Positions 34,308-44,087 of a stretch of 64,000 nucleotides of DNA are shown piece by piece. This DNA is from a virus: the IMG/VR virus record IMGVR_UViG_3300011005_000053. One strand, written 5' to 3'. A program made the translations under genes and the position numbers. How positions within the stretch are numbered: position 1 is the stretch's first letter; every line of letters starts with the position of its first letter. The notes beneath the pieces were generated by a model. It was not told where the DNA came from. It saw only the letters and a program-made list of their open reading frames with translations, and searched no databases.

Positions 34308-35050
34308 ACGCCAAAGGCCAGACCGTCTACTCTTATTCTCAGCTCAACACCTTTGAGCAATGCCCGTACAGTTGGTTCAAGATCTATAAGGAAAAGGCGC
34401 CGCGAGAAAACAACGCCTTTTCCTCGTACGGAACTTTGATCCACGAGCTGCTCCAGCAGTGTGCATGCGGTGATTTGAAACGGGAAGATCTGGCCGAGCT
34501 TTTTGAATGGAGCTACGAGGCCAGCATCCCGGAGGAATTTCCTCCGAACAAATATGTCAATCTGCACGACAGCTATTTGCAACAGGGCATTGATTTCTTC
34601 CATAACTTCGAGGGTTTCGATGATCTCGAAATCCTCGGGGTCGAGGATCATTTTGAAATCGACATGGGCGATTTCGCCCTGCAGGGTTTCATCGACCTGA
34701 TCTACCGGGACAAAAACGGCAAGCTGGTGTGCCGTGACTGGAAGAGCGGGAAGCGGTGGACGAAAAAGGATATCGCCGAACATGGCAAACAGCCGTACTT
34801 ATATTCGGCCTACATCAAAGAGAAATTTGGCCGCTACCCGGACAGGCTTGAGTTCTTCCATTTCCGTGAAGGCAACAAGAAATCGGTCATTCCGTTCAAC
34901 ATTAAGGACTTCCACGCCGCTGAACAGTGGGCGCGTGATACGGTAAAAGCCATTAACGAAACATGGGATTACGCCAGTCATTACGATGAGTTCTTCTGTA
35001 AGGAATTGTGCTCCTGCCGGAGCTCCTGCGATCAAAAGAAAAAGGGGTGA
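34301..35050 (+). CDS. PD-(D/E)xK exonuclease with C-terminal Cys cluster (Cas4/RecB-like)
   Basis: N-terminal YSYSQLNTFEQCPYSWFKIY and C-terminal CKELCSCRSSC (Fe-S-like). TTG start overlapping the ssb stop. Confidence 0.6.
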   Translation: MVNAKGQTVYSYSQLNTFEQCPYSWFKIYKEKAPRENNAFSSYGTLIHELLQQCACGDLKREDLAELFEWSYEASIPEEFPPNKYVNLHDSYLQQGIDFFHNFEGFDDLEILGVEDHFEIDMGDFALQGFIDLIYRDKNGKLVCRDWKSGKRWTKKDIAEHGKQPYLYSAYIKEKFGRYPDRLEFFHFREGNKKSVIPFNIKDFHAAEQWARDTVKAINETWDYASHYDEFFCKELCSCRSSCDQKKKG

Positions 35051-35055
35051 TTTTA

Positions 35056-35259
35056 ATGAAGAGAAGATGGCTTTCTATTCTCTCTGAGGTCTTATGTGTT
35101 CTATGTCTGATTATGGAAAACGTGATTCTGACCACACAATATCATGTGTCGTGGCTCGTGTGCGCCGGTATTTGCTGCCTGGCAGTCATGTGGGCTTTGA
35201 ACGGAGCCGCGTTGATGATCGACCTGATTAATAAATGGGATAAAGAAGGGCGAGAATGA
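35056..35259 (+). CDS. small two-TM membrane protein
   Basis: AAAGGGGTGATTTTA then ATG. Confidence 0.5.
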   Translation: MKRRWLSILSEVLCVLCLIMENVILTTQYHVSWLVCAGICCLAVMWALNGAALMIDLINKWDKEGRE

Positions 35260-35549
35260 TTCAAACAGAATTCAGGCGTTATACGCCAATCGTAGACGGA
35301 TTTCAGATCCGCGATGTTACATATGTGGACGGCCGCGTCGATGAATACCCGGAACTGTACGACATCGTGAAGTGGAACGGTGATTATTGCTACACAGTCG
35401 CCACGCTGAAATGGAACGCTCATGAGCCATGCTTTGAGTTCCAGTCCTGCGGTATGCGCTGGCTTGAGGCCGAGCCTACAGAGCGCGTCATTATCATGGT
35501 CAAGCGTTTCGCGTCCATGGCTCACTGCTGGATGGAGGACGCGGAATGA
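35256..35549 (+). CDS. hypothetical protein
   Basis: ATGA overlap. Confidence 0.5.
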   Translation: MIQTEFRRYTPIVDGFQIRDVTYVDGRVDEYPELYDIVKWNGDYCYTVATLKWNAHEPCFEFQSCGMRWLEAEPTERVIIMVKRFASMAHCWMEDAE

Positions 35550-35899
35550 ATCTGAAAGATGAAACGTTGGAGATCATGGCAGAACACGGCAAAACAAAAG
35601 AGGACATTGTCTGGATCGGCTGCCGTGATTTCGCCATTGGCCCGGCTACTTTTTGGAGACTGGCTGATCGTATGTACGACAGCGGATATGGATGGCAGGA
35701 AGTCGCCACCGATCTCCTTGTCGTTGGCGACAACTGGTGGATGGAACGGCATGAATATGACGGTTCTGAATGGTGGGAATATAAAGAGCCTCCGAAAATG
35801 CCGTTTGTATGTAAAGATGTACAGCGCATTATTCGCGGCCCTAACCAGACTGGCTGGAGCAAACTGGCTGAAATGAATGAGGAGGGGAAGCAGGAATGA
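35546..35899 (+). CDS. hypothetical protein
   Basis: ATGA overlap. Confidence 0.5.
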   Translation: MNLKDETLEIMAEHGKTKEDIVWIGCRDFAIGPATFWRLADRMYDSGYGWQEVATDLLVVGDNWWMERHEYDGSEWWEYKEPPKMPFVCKDVQRIIRGPNQTGWSKLAEMNEEGKQE

Positions 35900-36225
35900 A
35901 TCGGGCACAGCGACGCAAATTCGACAAAGCGGTTGGTTTCGATGGGGCTTCTGCGGTAGCAGAGGCTTTGCAAAACGAAATGAAGATTCCGGACGGCGCA
36001 AAGGTAAAACTGAACGTAGATCAAATCACCGCCCGTAAAGACTATCGCTCGAAGCTTCCGGCATACCAGGATTTTGTTGTCAGGAATCGCGACACCGTAT
36101 TCACCGCACGTCGTGTCTGGCCCACGAAGCGCCATAGCTTTCTGGAGCTGGAAGAGGATACGACAAAGCCGAAATGGTTATGGTGGGACGGCGACCTGAT
36201 TGTAGTGGAGGAGGAAGGCACATGA
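35896..36225 (+). CDS. hypothetical protein
   Basis: ATGA overlap. Confidence 0.5.
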   Translation: MNRAQRRKFDKAVGFDGASAVAEALQNEMKIPDGAKVKLNVDQITARKDYRSKLPAYQDFVVRNRDTVFTARRVWPTKRHSFLELEEDTTKPKWLWWDGDLIVVEEEGT

Positions 36226-36773
36226 TTCAAAAGATTCGTAAGGGAGTGTTCGAGACGAACAGCTCCAGCACCCACAGCATCGTCATCAGCAAAGCGCCTG
36301 TGCGTTTTCTGCCGAGCAAGGTGACCTTCCGTACAGACGAATATGGCTGGGAAAACAATTGCGTAGACGACACAGCCAGATATCTCTTCACCGGCATCCT
36401 GGACGGACCGCGGTCTCTGCGGAGCATGCGCATCGAGCGTCTTGAAAAACTGCTGGAAGAGCTCGGCGTCGAATACGAATTCGTTTATCCGGCATATAAC
36501 GCCGAGTACGACTGCTACGACTGCTATGTCGACCACAGCTATGAACTCAGTGAGTTTATCGACGCGGTTCTGGCCGATAAGGATCTGCTGGCCCGCTATC
36601 TCTTTGGTGATAGTTGTATCTATACCGGCAACGACAATCAGGACTGTGTGCCGGATGGCTGTAATATCGGCGACGAAACCATTTGGAAATATGACGATAG
36701 CGGCAAATATTCCGAGATGCCAAATCCTTATCACGACGAAGAGCACTATCAGTATTTTGTAAAGGGGAATTGA
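36222..36773 (+). CDS. hypothetical protein, paralog A (N-terminal MIQKIRKGVFETNSSSTHSI; Cys/Tyr/Asp-rich C-terminus)
   Basis: GAGGAGGAAGGCAC then ATG. The first 21 aa are near-identical to the next gene. Confidence 0.55.
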   Translation: MIQKIRKGVFETNSSSTHSIVISKAPVRFLPSKVTFRTDEYGWENNCVDDTARYLFTGILDGPRSLRSMRIERLEKLLEELGVEYEFVYPAYNAEYDCYDCYVDHSYELSEFIDAVLADKDLLARYLFGDSCIYTGNDNQDCVPDGCNIGDETIWKYDDSGKYSEMPNPYHDEEHYQYFVKGN

Positions 36774-36774
36774 T

Positions 36775-37134
36775 ATGATTCAGATCCGGCGCGGTGTCTT
36801 TGAAACGAACAGCAGTTCGACCCACTCCATCACGATGTGTATGAAATCGGACTTTGATGAGTGGAAAAATGGTCATATTTACTATAATGAGGGCTATCCC
36901 AGCAAACAATTTATGCAAAAAGACGAAGCTTTTGAGCTTTTGAGAAGCGATAAGTGGGATCCTGTTTCGGAACCTGAAAAGTTATCGGAGGACGAGCTTC
37001 TGGCAATTATGCGCGAACACGAAATCTATACGTATGACACGTATTATTACGAGTACCTGGAATGGTATGACGACTCGTTTACGACGCCGTCCGGCGAGAC
37101 GGTGGTAGCATTCGGCTGGTACGGCCACGACTAA
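36775..37134 (+). CDS. hypothetical protein, paralog B (N-terminal MIQIRRGVFETNSSSTHSI; Tyr/Asp/Glu-rich)
   Basis: Same N-terminal motif as 36222-36773. Confidence 0.55.
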   Translation: MIQIRRGVFETNSSSTHSITMCMKSDFDEWKNGHIYYNEGYPSKQFMQKDEAFELLRSDKWDPVSEPEKLSEDELLAIMREHEIYTYDTYYYEYLEWYDDSFTTPSGETVVAFGWYGHD

Positions 37135-37146
37135 GGAGGAATTTGG

Positions 37147-38028
37147 ATGAAAGTTCTCGGCTCTTATCAAAATGGCAACTATTCCGTAACCATCTGGGAT
37201 GACGGCACCAAGGTAAGGCAAACGTGCGGTACCGCTTTTGAGCCGACGAAGCCCGAATCCATGGATCTCAAAATCACAAACCGCTGTGATATGGGTTGCC
37301 CCATGTGTCACGAAGATTCCACGCCCGGCGGCGCCCACGGCGATATCCTGAATCTTCCGTTTCTGGATACGCTGCTGCCGTACACAGAGATTGCCATCGG
37401 CGGCGGCAACCCGCTGAGCCATCCAGACCTGACGCAGTTCCTGCGGCTTCTGAAATCAAAACGGCTGATCGCCAATATGACGGTCAACGCCGCGCATTTC
37501 ATTCGGGACTTTGACCGCATTAAGCAGCTGTCGGACGACGGCTATATCCACGGTCTGGGCGTGTCTGTCACGTACATGACCAACGATCTGCTGGATAAAC
37601 TGCGCCAGATCCCAAACGTGGTACTGCACGTGATCAACGGCGTGATTACAGTCGATGAACTCAGGATGATGTATGACAAGGGACTTAAGCTTTTGATCCT
37701 CGGCTACAAGGATTTTCGTCGCGGCGTTGCGGCGCATAAACCGGATACTGACCTGAATATGGCCCATCTGTACGCGGAACTTCCGGAGCTCGTAAAACAT
37801 TTTGAGGTCGTGAGTTTTGACAATCTGGCGATTCGTCAGCTCGACCCGAAGCGCCTGATGAGTGAAGAGGAATGGAATGAATTCTATATGGGCGACGACG
37901 GTCAGTTCACGATGTACGTGGACGCCGTTTTCAGAGAGTTCGCCAAAAGCAGTGTGTCAACCGAGCGTTGGCCGCTGATGGACGAGATCGAGCCTATGTT
38001 CCGGCTGGTCCGAAACGAACAGAGATAA
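37147..38028 (+). CDS. radical SAM enzyme (CxxxCxxC)
   Basis: LKITNRCDMGCPMCHE cluster and a GGGNP glycine-rich segment. No SPASM Cys cluster. TAAGGAGGAATTTGG then ATG. Confidence 0.6.
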   Translation: MKVLGSYQNGNYSVTIWDDGTKVRQTCGTAFEPTKPESMDLKITNRCDMGCPMCHEDSTPGGAHGDILNLPFLDTLLPYTEIAIGGGNPLSHPDLTQFLRLLKSKRLIANMTVNAAHFIRDFDRIKQLSDDGYIHGLGVSVTYMTNDLLDKLRQIPNVVLHVINGVITVDELRMMYDKGLKLLILGYKDFRRGVAAHKPDTDLNMAHLYAELPELVKHFEVVSFDNLAIRQLDPKRLMSEEEWNEFYMGDDGQFTMYVDAVFREFAKSSVSTERWPLMDEIEPMFRLVRNEQR

Positions 38029-38029
38029 C

Positions 38030-38340
38030 AGAAATAAATTGCGGTGGCGGAATAGACATATTTGCGTTGAGGTACTTAACAGAAAACCGGCCCATGGATC
38101 AGGGCGCAGGAATGGCATTGAGTGAAAAGGCAAATATGGTAAAGGCGGCTGATGCGCACAGCGCCGGACAGTTAATCCGGATAAGCCAAGAGTAGACGCA
38201 TAGTTGACGGTCTCAGGCTGACGTGAGGAAGGGGTTCGAGTCCCCAAGTCTCCGGGTTCGACTCCCGGGGGCGCAAGGTGCAATAACGTCAGTATGCAGG
38301 GTGCAAATCCCTGCCCGCAATTTTATACACACAACAAAGT
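38030..38340 (+). other. 310-bp non-coding region with two tandem tRNA T-arm-like hairpins and an anticodon-arm-like hairpin (tRNA-like element or pseudo-tRNAs)
   Basis: GGGGTTCGAGTCCCC at 38231-38245 and CCGGGTTCGACTCCCGG at 38252-38268. CCGGA-CAGTTAA-TCCGG hairpin at 38165-38181. CTGACGT and ACGTCAG flank the region. I could not fold a canonical cloverleaf. Confidence 0.35.
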
Positions 38341-38356
38341 TTAAGGAGGTGACCCA

Positions 38357-38629
38357 ATGCCAGAAAGATTGAAATATGAATTCAATGAAGTGCGCCGCCT
38401 GTTGGTATCGCTGCTGCGCCGTGATATGGAAGAAGATGGCGAGACTGCTGATGAGGAACCGTGTCAACTGATTCCGTCTTGTGACACGGAAAATGATGTA
38501 TACCATCTTACGCTGGCGTATCACGTCGGGCCGGAACCGCGAGAAGTGGTATGGCACGGCGACTCGTGGGAGGATGTTCTGCAGAAATGTAAGGCCGACG
38601 TTGTGCGTCGGGCCTTTCAATTGCTTTAA
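38357..38629 (+). CDS. hypothetical protein
   Basis: TTTAAGGAGGTGACCCA then ATG. Confidence 0.55.
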   Translation: MPERLKYEFNEVRRLLVSLLRRDMEEDGETADEEPCQLIPSCDTENDVYHLTLAYHVGPEPREVVWHGDSWEDVLQKCKADVVRRAFQLL

Positions 38630-38714
38630 CGCGACCTGAAAGTAAAAGGAGGGCGGTACCATTTTAGTTGATCCTAAAAAAATACAGGAAGCGAAAGAAA
38701 AACTCGGCGACGAG

Positions 38715-40595
38715 ATGGCTTTGATGATCCGCGACGAGTTGGAAATCGAAGATTTTGACGAGAGAAATTTGAAGTGCTGCTGCCCGTTTCATAATGAAGA
38801 CCATGTGTCTTTCATCTGGAACCCGAAATCGCTCAGTTTCCATTGCTTTGGGTCGTGCGGCCGCAGTTATGACATCATCGACATCTATATGCATAAGGGC
38901 CTGACCTATCTGGAAGCTTGCGACAAGCTCTTTCAGACGGCGAAGATCCCATATACCTTCGGCGAGCGCAAAGTCAGAACGAAACGCGCTTACCGCTATC
39001 CGAAAGAAGTGATCTGTACGGACAAAACACAGGTGTATCACTACCTGTCACTCCGTAAGATCAGCCCGGAAACAGCGGATTACCTTGACATTCGACAGGA
39101 CGAAGAGGGGAATTGCGTGTTCAACTACTACGACGCCAACGACACGCTGACCATGGTGAAGTATCGTCCGTCCCACAGAATCGAAAAGGGACAGTCAAAA
39201 AACTGGTGTCAGGAAAACGCGGACACGGCGCCGATCCTCTTCAATATGAACCGCATCAACCCGGATCAGCCGCTTCTGATCTGCTCCGGAGAGCTGGACT
39301 GCGCGGCAGCCGTGGAAGCCGGATGGAAAAACGCTGTGTCGATCCCGCTCGGAGATCAGAACCTCCATTGGGTGCAGGAGTGTTACGACTGGCTCGAACA
39401 GTTCCAGAGTATTATCATCTGTCCGGATAACGACGAGTCGGGAACTAAGTACCAGAAAACGGTCGTGCCGATGCTCGGCGCATGGCGCACCAAAACGATC
39501 CATCTGCCGACCACGGTTATCAACAAACGCGGCGAAGAACAACCCCTAAAAGACCTGAATGAGCTCCTGTATCACAGCGGCAAAGAAGCCGTGATCGACG
39601 CCATCCTCTCGGCGGAAGACAGCCCCGTGGCCTCTGTCGTGGATCTGTCCGAGATACAGGCGACCGATTATGAAGATGTGGATGGGGTGCAATTCGGTCT
39701 CAAGCCTCTGGACGACAACCTCCTTCGTCTGTTTTTCGGAACCCTGACCGTTATCTCCGGCCGACCCGGTTCCGGTAAGAGCAGTTTGATCTCCCAGCTT
39801 GTGTGCAACGCTCTTGACCAGGGTATCAATACCTGGCTCTACAGCGGCGAACTGCCCAACTCCGTAGAAAAAAGCTGGTTCAATTACATATTTGCAGGGC
39901 CGCGCAACGTGGAAGATTCCGTATCCACACGCGGCGACGCCTATAAACGCATCACAAACAAAACGATCGCGGCCATCAACGAGAAATATAAAGGCCGTTG
40001 GTATATCTACCGCGACGACGGCGATAACACTCTCGACAGTCTGCTGGATTCCATGACGAATTCGGTACGCAAGTACGCAACGAAGCTGCTGATCCTCGAC
40101 AACTTCATGTGTATCGACACCGAGAATAGCGATAGCGAGCTGAAAGCGCAGACCGACACTATTAAAAAGCTTATCCTCTTTGCCCGCCGATACGATTGCG
40201 CCGTAATTCTTGTGGCGCACCCGCGAAAGCTCTCCACAAAAGACGGCGGCGCGGAAATCGGCCTCGACGATATCGCCGGCACATCGAACATAGCCAATCT
40301 GGCCCACCGTACAATCTCCATGCGCCGCGTGACCGACGCCGACCGTGACAATGCGGCACGCTTTTCTCCACGCCGCCGGGCTCTGCTGGGCTGCGATGTG
40401 CTTGTAACGATTCTGAAAGACCGCATGTTCGGTCGCTCCAATATTGAGCTCGGCCTGTACTACGACCCGGCGTCACGCCGCTTCTTTTCCGACGATGAGG
40501 AATACGATCATCAGTATTTATGGGATACCAATCTTTATGACGGCTGCCTGAGCAGCGGTCGCAACTATGACGCAGAGGAGGTGTTCGGCGATTAA
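38715..40595 (+). CDS. primase-helicase (zinc-binding plus Toprim plus DnaB-like ATPase)
   Basis: CCCPFHNEDH...FHCFGSCG zinc finger. Toprim LLICSGELD...IIICPDNDESG. Walker A GRPGSGKSS and Walker B LLILDNF. Possible ATT start at 38661 after AAAGGAGGG. Confidence 0.8.
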   Translation: MALMIRDELEIEDFDERNLKCCCPFHNEDHVSFIWNPKSLSFHCFGSCGRSYDIIDIYMHKGLTYLEACDKLFQTAKIPYTFGERKVRTKRAYRYPKEVICTDKTQVYHYLSLRKISPETADYLDIRQDEEGNCVFNYYDANDTLTMVKYRPSHRIEKGQSKNWCQENADTAPILFNMNRINPDQPLLICSGELDCAAAVEAGWKNAVSIPLGDQNLHWVQECYDWLEQFQSIIICPDNDESGTKYQKTVVPMLGAWRTKTIHLPTTVINKRGEEQPLKDLNELLYHSGKEAVIDAILSAEDSPVASVVDLSEIQATDYEDVDGVQFGLKPLDDNLLRLFFGTLTVISGRPGSGKSSLISQLVCNALDQGINTWLYSGELPNSVEKSWFNYIFAGPRNVEDSVSTRGDAYKRITNKTIAAINEKYKGRWYIYRDDGDNTLDSLLDSMTNSVRKYATKLLILDNFMCIDTENSDSELKAQTDTIKKLILFARRYDCAVILVAHPRKLSTKDGGAEIGLDDIAGTSNIANLAHRTISMRRVTDADRDNAARFSPRRRALLGCDVLVTILKDRMFGRSNIELGLYYDPASRRFFSDDEEYDHQYLWDTNLYDGCLSSGRNYDAEEVFGD

Positions 40596-43500
40596 TTACA
40601 CAGTTACGCATCTTCACTCCGATTACAGCTTACTCGACAGCACAACACGCTTTTCTGATTACATAGCCAGAGCGAAAGAGCTTGGTCAGACCGCCATCGC
40701 CTCTACCGAGCACGGGCTTCCGCGTGGATGGGTGCGTAAGAAAATGGCCTGCGACGCCGCCGGAATTAAGTTTATCCACGGCGTAGAGATCTATCTGACG
40801 GAGGCTCTGGAACAGCGAGATCCGGAAACCGGTGAGATGAAAAAGGTGCGCGACAACTACCACACGATCCTGCTGGCAAAGAATTGGGATGGTGTTCTTG
40901 AGCTTAACAATGCCGTATCGCGTTCCGCCCAGCCGGATCATTTCTATTTTACCAACCGCATGACCTTCGATGAGTTCCTGCGTCTCTCGCCGAACATCCT
41001 TACGACGAGCGCCTGTCTGGCGTCTCCTCTTAACAAGCTGCCCATCGACCATCCTTACTACAAAAAGCTGATAGACCGCTATGATTTTCTGGAGATCCAG
41101 CCGCATAATGACCCGGATCAAAAAGCTTTTAACGTTCATCTGGCGTCCTTGGCCGCGCAGTATCACAAGCCGCTGATCGTCGGCACAGATACGCACAGCC
41201 TGAATGCTTATCATCGTGACTGCCGCGCCATTCTGACCGGAGCAAAGCGGAAGAGCTATGACGACGACACCTTTGATCTGACCTACAAATCCTATGAGGA
41301 ATTGGTCGAGATGTTCCGGGAGCAGGACATCCTGCCGGAGTCCGTGTATATGGACGCGATCAACAACACCAATGTGGCGGCAGATATGTGCGAGAACTGG
41401 ACGCTGGACACCTCTCTGAAATACCCGATCCTCTACGGTTCGCAGGAAGAAGACAAGAAAAAGCTGGTCGAAGTCACATGGAAAAACCTTGATAAGAAAC
41501 TCGCCGACGGTGTGATCCCGACGGAACAGGAGCAGGGTTTTCGGGACGCCATCAACGAAGAGCTCCGTGTTTTTGAAAAGGTACAGATGTCTGGTTTCAT
41601 GCTCAGCATGAGCGAGCTGATCACATGGTGTAAGGAAAATGGCATTCCGGTCGGCCCGTCTCGCGGCTCTGTCGGCGGTTCCCGCGTGGCGTATGTGGAC
41701 AACATCACTGACCTGAATCCGGAGCAGTGGCACACGGTATTCTCGCGCTTCTGCAATGAAGATCGTGTCGAAGTGGGTGATATCGATGTCGATGTGATCG
41801 ACACAGACAGACCCAAAATTTTTGAATATATCATTGGCCGGTTCGGCCAGAGCAAAACCGCCCGCGTCCCGTCCTACGGGACAATCAAGGCAAGGGGCGT
41901 CGTAGACGAGGTCTGCCGCGCAAAGATGTATGAGTGGAACGAGACTCACGGTCTACGCTTCGACGACCGCACACAGGAGAATCCGTACTGTTACGCTGCT
42001 GCCGATAAGCTGAAAGATATGCTCCCGGACGACGCGGACAGCGCCATGGATAACGCCGTCAAGAAAGGAACCATCGACGAAATCGAGTGGCTCCAAGAGC
42101 TTAAGCGGAAGAAGCCTGACGTGTTTCAGTATTTCGACGGACTGTGGGGTGTGAAGATCAGCCAGTCTGTTCACCCGGCCGGTATGGTCATCAGCCCTGT
42201 CACGCTGCCGGATCATTACGGTACGTTTGAAAAAGACGGCGACCAGTGCCTGATGATCGATATGGACGAGATTCATGACTGCGGTCTTGTCAAGTATGAC
42301 TTTCTGGTGCTGAGCAATATCGGCATCATTCGCGACGCATTCGCCTATGCCGGGAAACCGTATCCGAAGATGAACGAGATCAATTGGAACGACCAAAAGG
42401 TGTACGAAGACATGGTTCGCTCTCCTGTCGGCATCTTCCAGTTCGAGGGCGATTACGCTATGCGACTGCTCAGTCAGTTCCAGCCAAAATCGATTTTCGA
42501 TGTGACGATCGTCACCGCTTGTATCCGCCCGTCCGGTGCTTCTTACCGCGATGCCCTGATCTCGCGTAAGCCACATCGCAACCCCTCCAAGCTGATCGAT
42601 GACCTGCTGTCCGATAACAACGGTTATCTGGTCTATCAGGAAGATATCATTAAGTTCCTGCAGGTCGTGTGCGGCCTGACAGGTAGTGAGGCTGATACGG
42701 TACGGCGCGGCATCGCCCGCAAGAAACCGGAGATCCTGGAGGCGGCTCTGCCGAAGATCCTTGATGGTTATTGCTCCAAATCCCCGCACAATCGCGAAGA
42801 TGCGGAGGAGGAGGCAAAAGAGTTTCTGCAGATCATAGAGGACGCTTCGTCTTACATGTTTGGCCTGAATCATGCAATCGGTTACTCTCTGCTTTCCTAC
42901 ATCTGCGCATATCTTCGCTGCTACTATCCATTGGAATTTATCACTTCTTACTTAAACCACGCCGCCAATGACGATGACATTAAAAACGGCTCAGAGCTTG
43001 CAGAACTGTATAAGATCAAGATCCTGCCGCCGCAGTACGGTGAATCCACAGACATCTACTTCTTCGACCGCGACAAAAACGTAATCTACAAAGGCGTCGG
43101 TTCTATCCGCGATCTGAATAAGCAGGTCTCACGCGACCTCTATGAGCTGTCCAAAACAAATCCGACCGATTCCTTTATCGAGCTGCTCGGGCTGATGAAG
43201 GAACACACAACGCTGCGCTCCAACCAACTGGACAACCTCATCAAGGTCGATTACTTCCGGCAGTACGGCAACATTCCGACTCTGACGCGTATGCTTGACC
43301 TTTACCGTTTTCTCAAAGAGGGGGAGGCCAAGAGTTTTAACAAAGACCGCATCACGCCGGCTATGGCAGAGTTCATCGCGCCGTATGCTACCGATGTCAA
43401 TGCCAAGGGCGAGACGCTGAAAACTTATAAGATTACCGACATGCCAGGACTGCTGAAACATGTGGAGGAAACGGTGCTGGCAATGGATCTGCCGGACCTC

Positions 43501-43821
43501 GACCTTAAAACGAAAATCGCTAATCAGAAAGATATGCTCGGCTATGTGTCCGAAGTAACCGGGTTGCCGGAGGACAGAACAAAGTTGATCGCTCTGGAAG
43601 TCCGTCCGCTCATCAGCGCAAGAACGCGCAACCCGTGGGCTTACAGCGTCAATACGCAGTCTCTCGGCACAGGCAAGCAGAGCAACATGACAGTGGAAGC
43701 GCGGCAGTTCCGTAAGCACCCGTTCGCGCAGTTCGACATTTTACATACGTCGATTCGCGGTGTCAGCAAAGACCATAAGGGCTACTGGCATCTGAACGAA
43801 TACACGGTGGAGAGAGGATGA
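40567..43821 (+). CDS. DNA polymerase III alpha-type (DnaE-like) replicative polymerase with N-terminal PHP domain
   Basis: THLHSDYSLLDSTTRF and STEHG PHP motifs, 1084 aa. The track ATG at 40567 lies inside the primase gene. AGAGGAGGTG plus 7 nt then ATT at 40591 overlaps the primase stop (ATTAA). Confidence 0.8.
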   Translation: MTQRRCSAINYTVTHLHSDYSLLDSTTRFSDYIARAKELGQTAIASTEHGLPRGWVRKKMACDAAGIKFIHGVEIYLTEALEQRDPETGEMKKVRDNYHTILLAKNWDGVLELNNAVSRSAQPDHFYFTNRMTFDEFLRLSPNILTTSACLASPLNKLPIDHPYYKKLIDRYDFLEIQPHNDPDQKAFNVHLASLAAQYHKPLIVGTDTHSLNAYHRDCRAILTGAKRKSYDDDTFDLTYKSYEELVEMFREQDILPESVYMDAINNTNVAADMCENWTLDTSLKYPILYGSQEEDKKKLVEVTWKNLDKKLADGVIPTEQEQGFRDAINEELRVFEKVQMSGFMLSMSELITWCKENGIPVGPSRGSVGGSRVAYVDNITDLNPEQWHTVFSRFCNEDRVEVGDIDVDVIDTDRPKIFEYIIGRFGQSKTARVPSYGTIKARGVVDEVCRAKMYEWNETHGLRFDDRTQENPYCYAAADKLKDMLPDDADSAMDNAVKKGTIDEIEWLQELKRKKPDVFQYFDGLWGVKISQSVHPAGMVISPVTLPDHYGTFEKDGDQCLMIDMDEIHDCGLVKYDFLVLSNIGIIRDAFAYAGKPYPKMNEINWNDQKVYEDMVRSPVGIFQFEGDYAMRLLSQFQPKSIFDVTIVTACIRPSGASYRDALISRKPHRNPSKLIDDLLSDNNGYLVYQEDIIKFLQVVCGLTGSEADTVRRGIARKKPEILEAALPKILDGYCSKSPHNREDAEEEAKEFLQIIEDASSYMFGLNHAIGYSLLSYICAYLRCYYPLEFITSYLNHAANDDDIKNGSELAELYKIKILPPQYGESTDIYFFDRDKNVIYKGVGSIRDLNKQVSRDLYELSKTNPTDSFIELLGLMKEHTTLRSNQLDNLIKVDYFRQYGNIPTLTRMLDLYRFLKEGEAKSFNKDRITPAMAEFIAPYATDVNAKGETLKTYKITDMPGLLKHVEETVLAMDLPDLDLKTKIANQKDMLGYVSEVTGLPEDRTKLIALEVRPLISARTRNPWAYSVNTQSLGTGKQSNMTVEARQFRKHPFAQFDILHTSIRGVSKDHKGYWHLNEYTVERG

Positions 43822-43822
43822 A

Positions 43823-44074
43823 ATGAGAGTTTCAAGTTATACCTGTCTGGATTGCAAGCTTGAATTTGATGAACCAGACACCTTTACCGAGCATTACAGC
43901 CTTGTAGATCATCTGTTTGAACAGCACTTGTGCTGCCCGTATTGCGGAGGCCCGTTCACGCAGACGCATCTCTGCGACGAATGCGGAGAGATGATCACCG
44001 ACACCTACATAAAATTACAGGACGGCACCGAGCTGTGTTCCAACTGTTTTACGGTGCGCGACTTTGGAGAATAA
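43823..44074 (+). CDS. zinc-ribbon small protein
   Basis: CLDC...CPYCGG...CDECG...CSNC. Confidence 0.5.
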   Translation: MRVSSYTCLDCKLEFDEPDTFTEHYSLVDHLFEQHLCCPYCGGPFTQTHLCDECGEMITDTYIKLQDGTELCSNCFTVRDFGE

Positions 44075-44087
44075 AGGAGAATAGCTT

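Noticed and set aside
38030-38340. tmRNA (ssrA) hypothesis for the tRNA-like region
   Set aside because: The T-arm-like hairpins are present, but no 5' strand can pair with the putative 3' acceptor (GGGCGCA), and no resume-codon or tag-ORF context was found.
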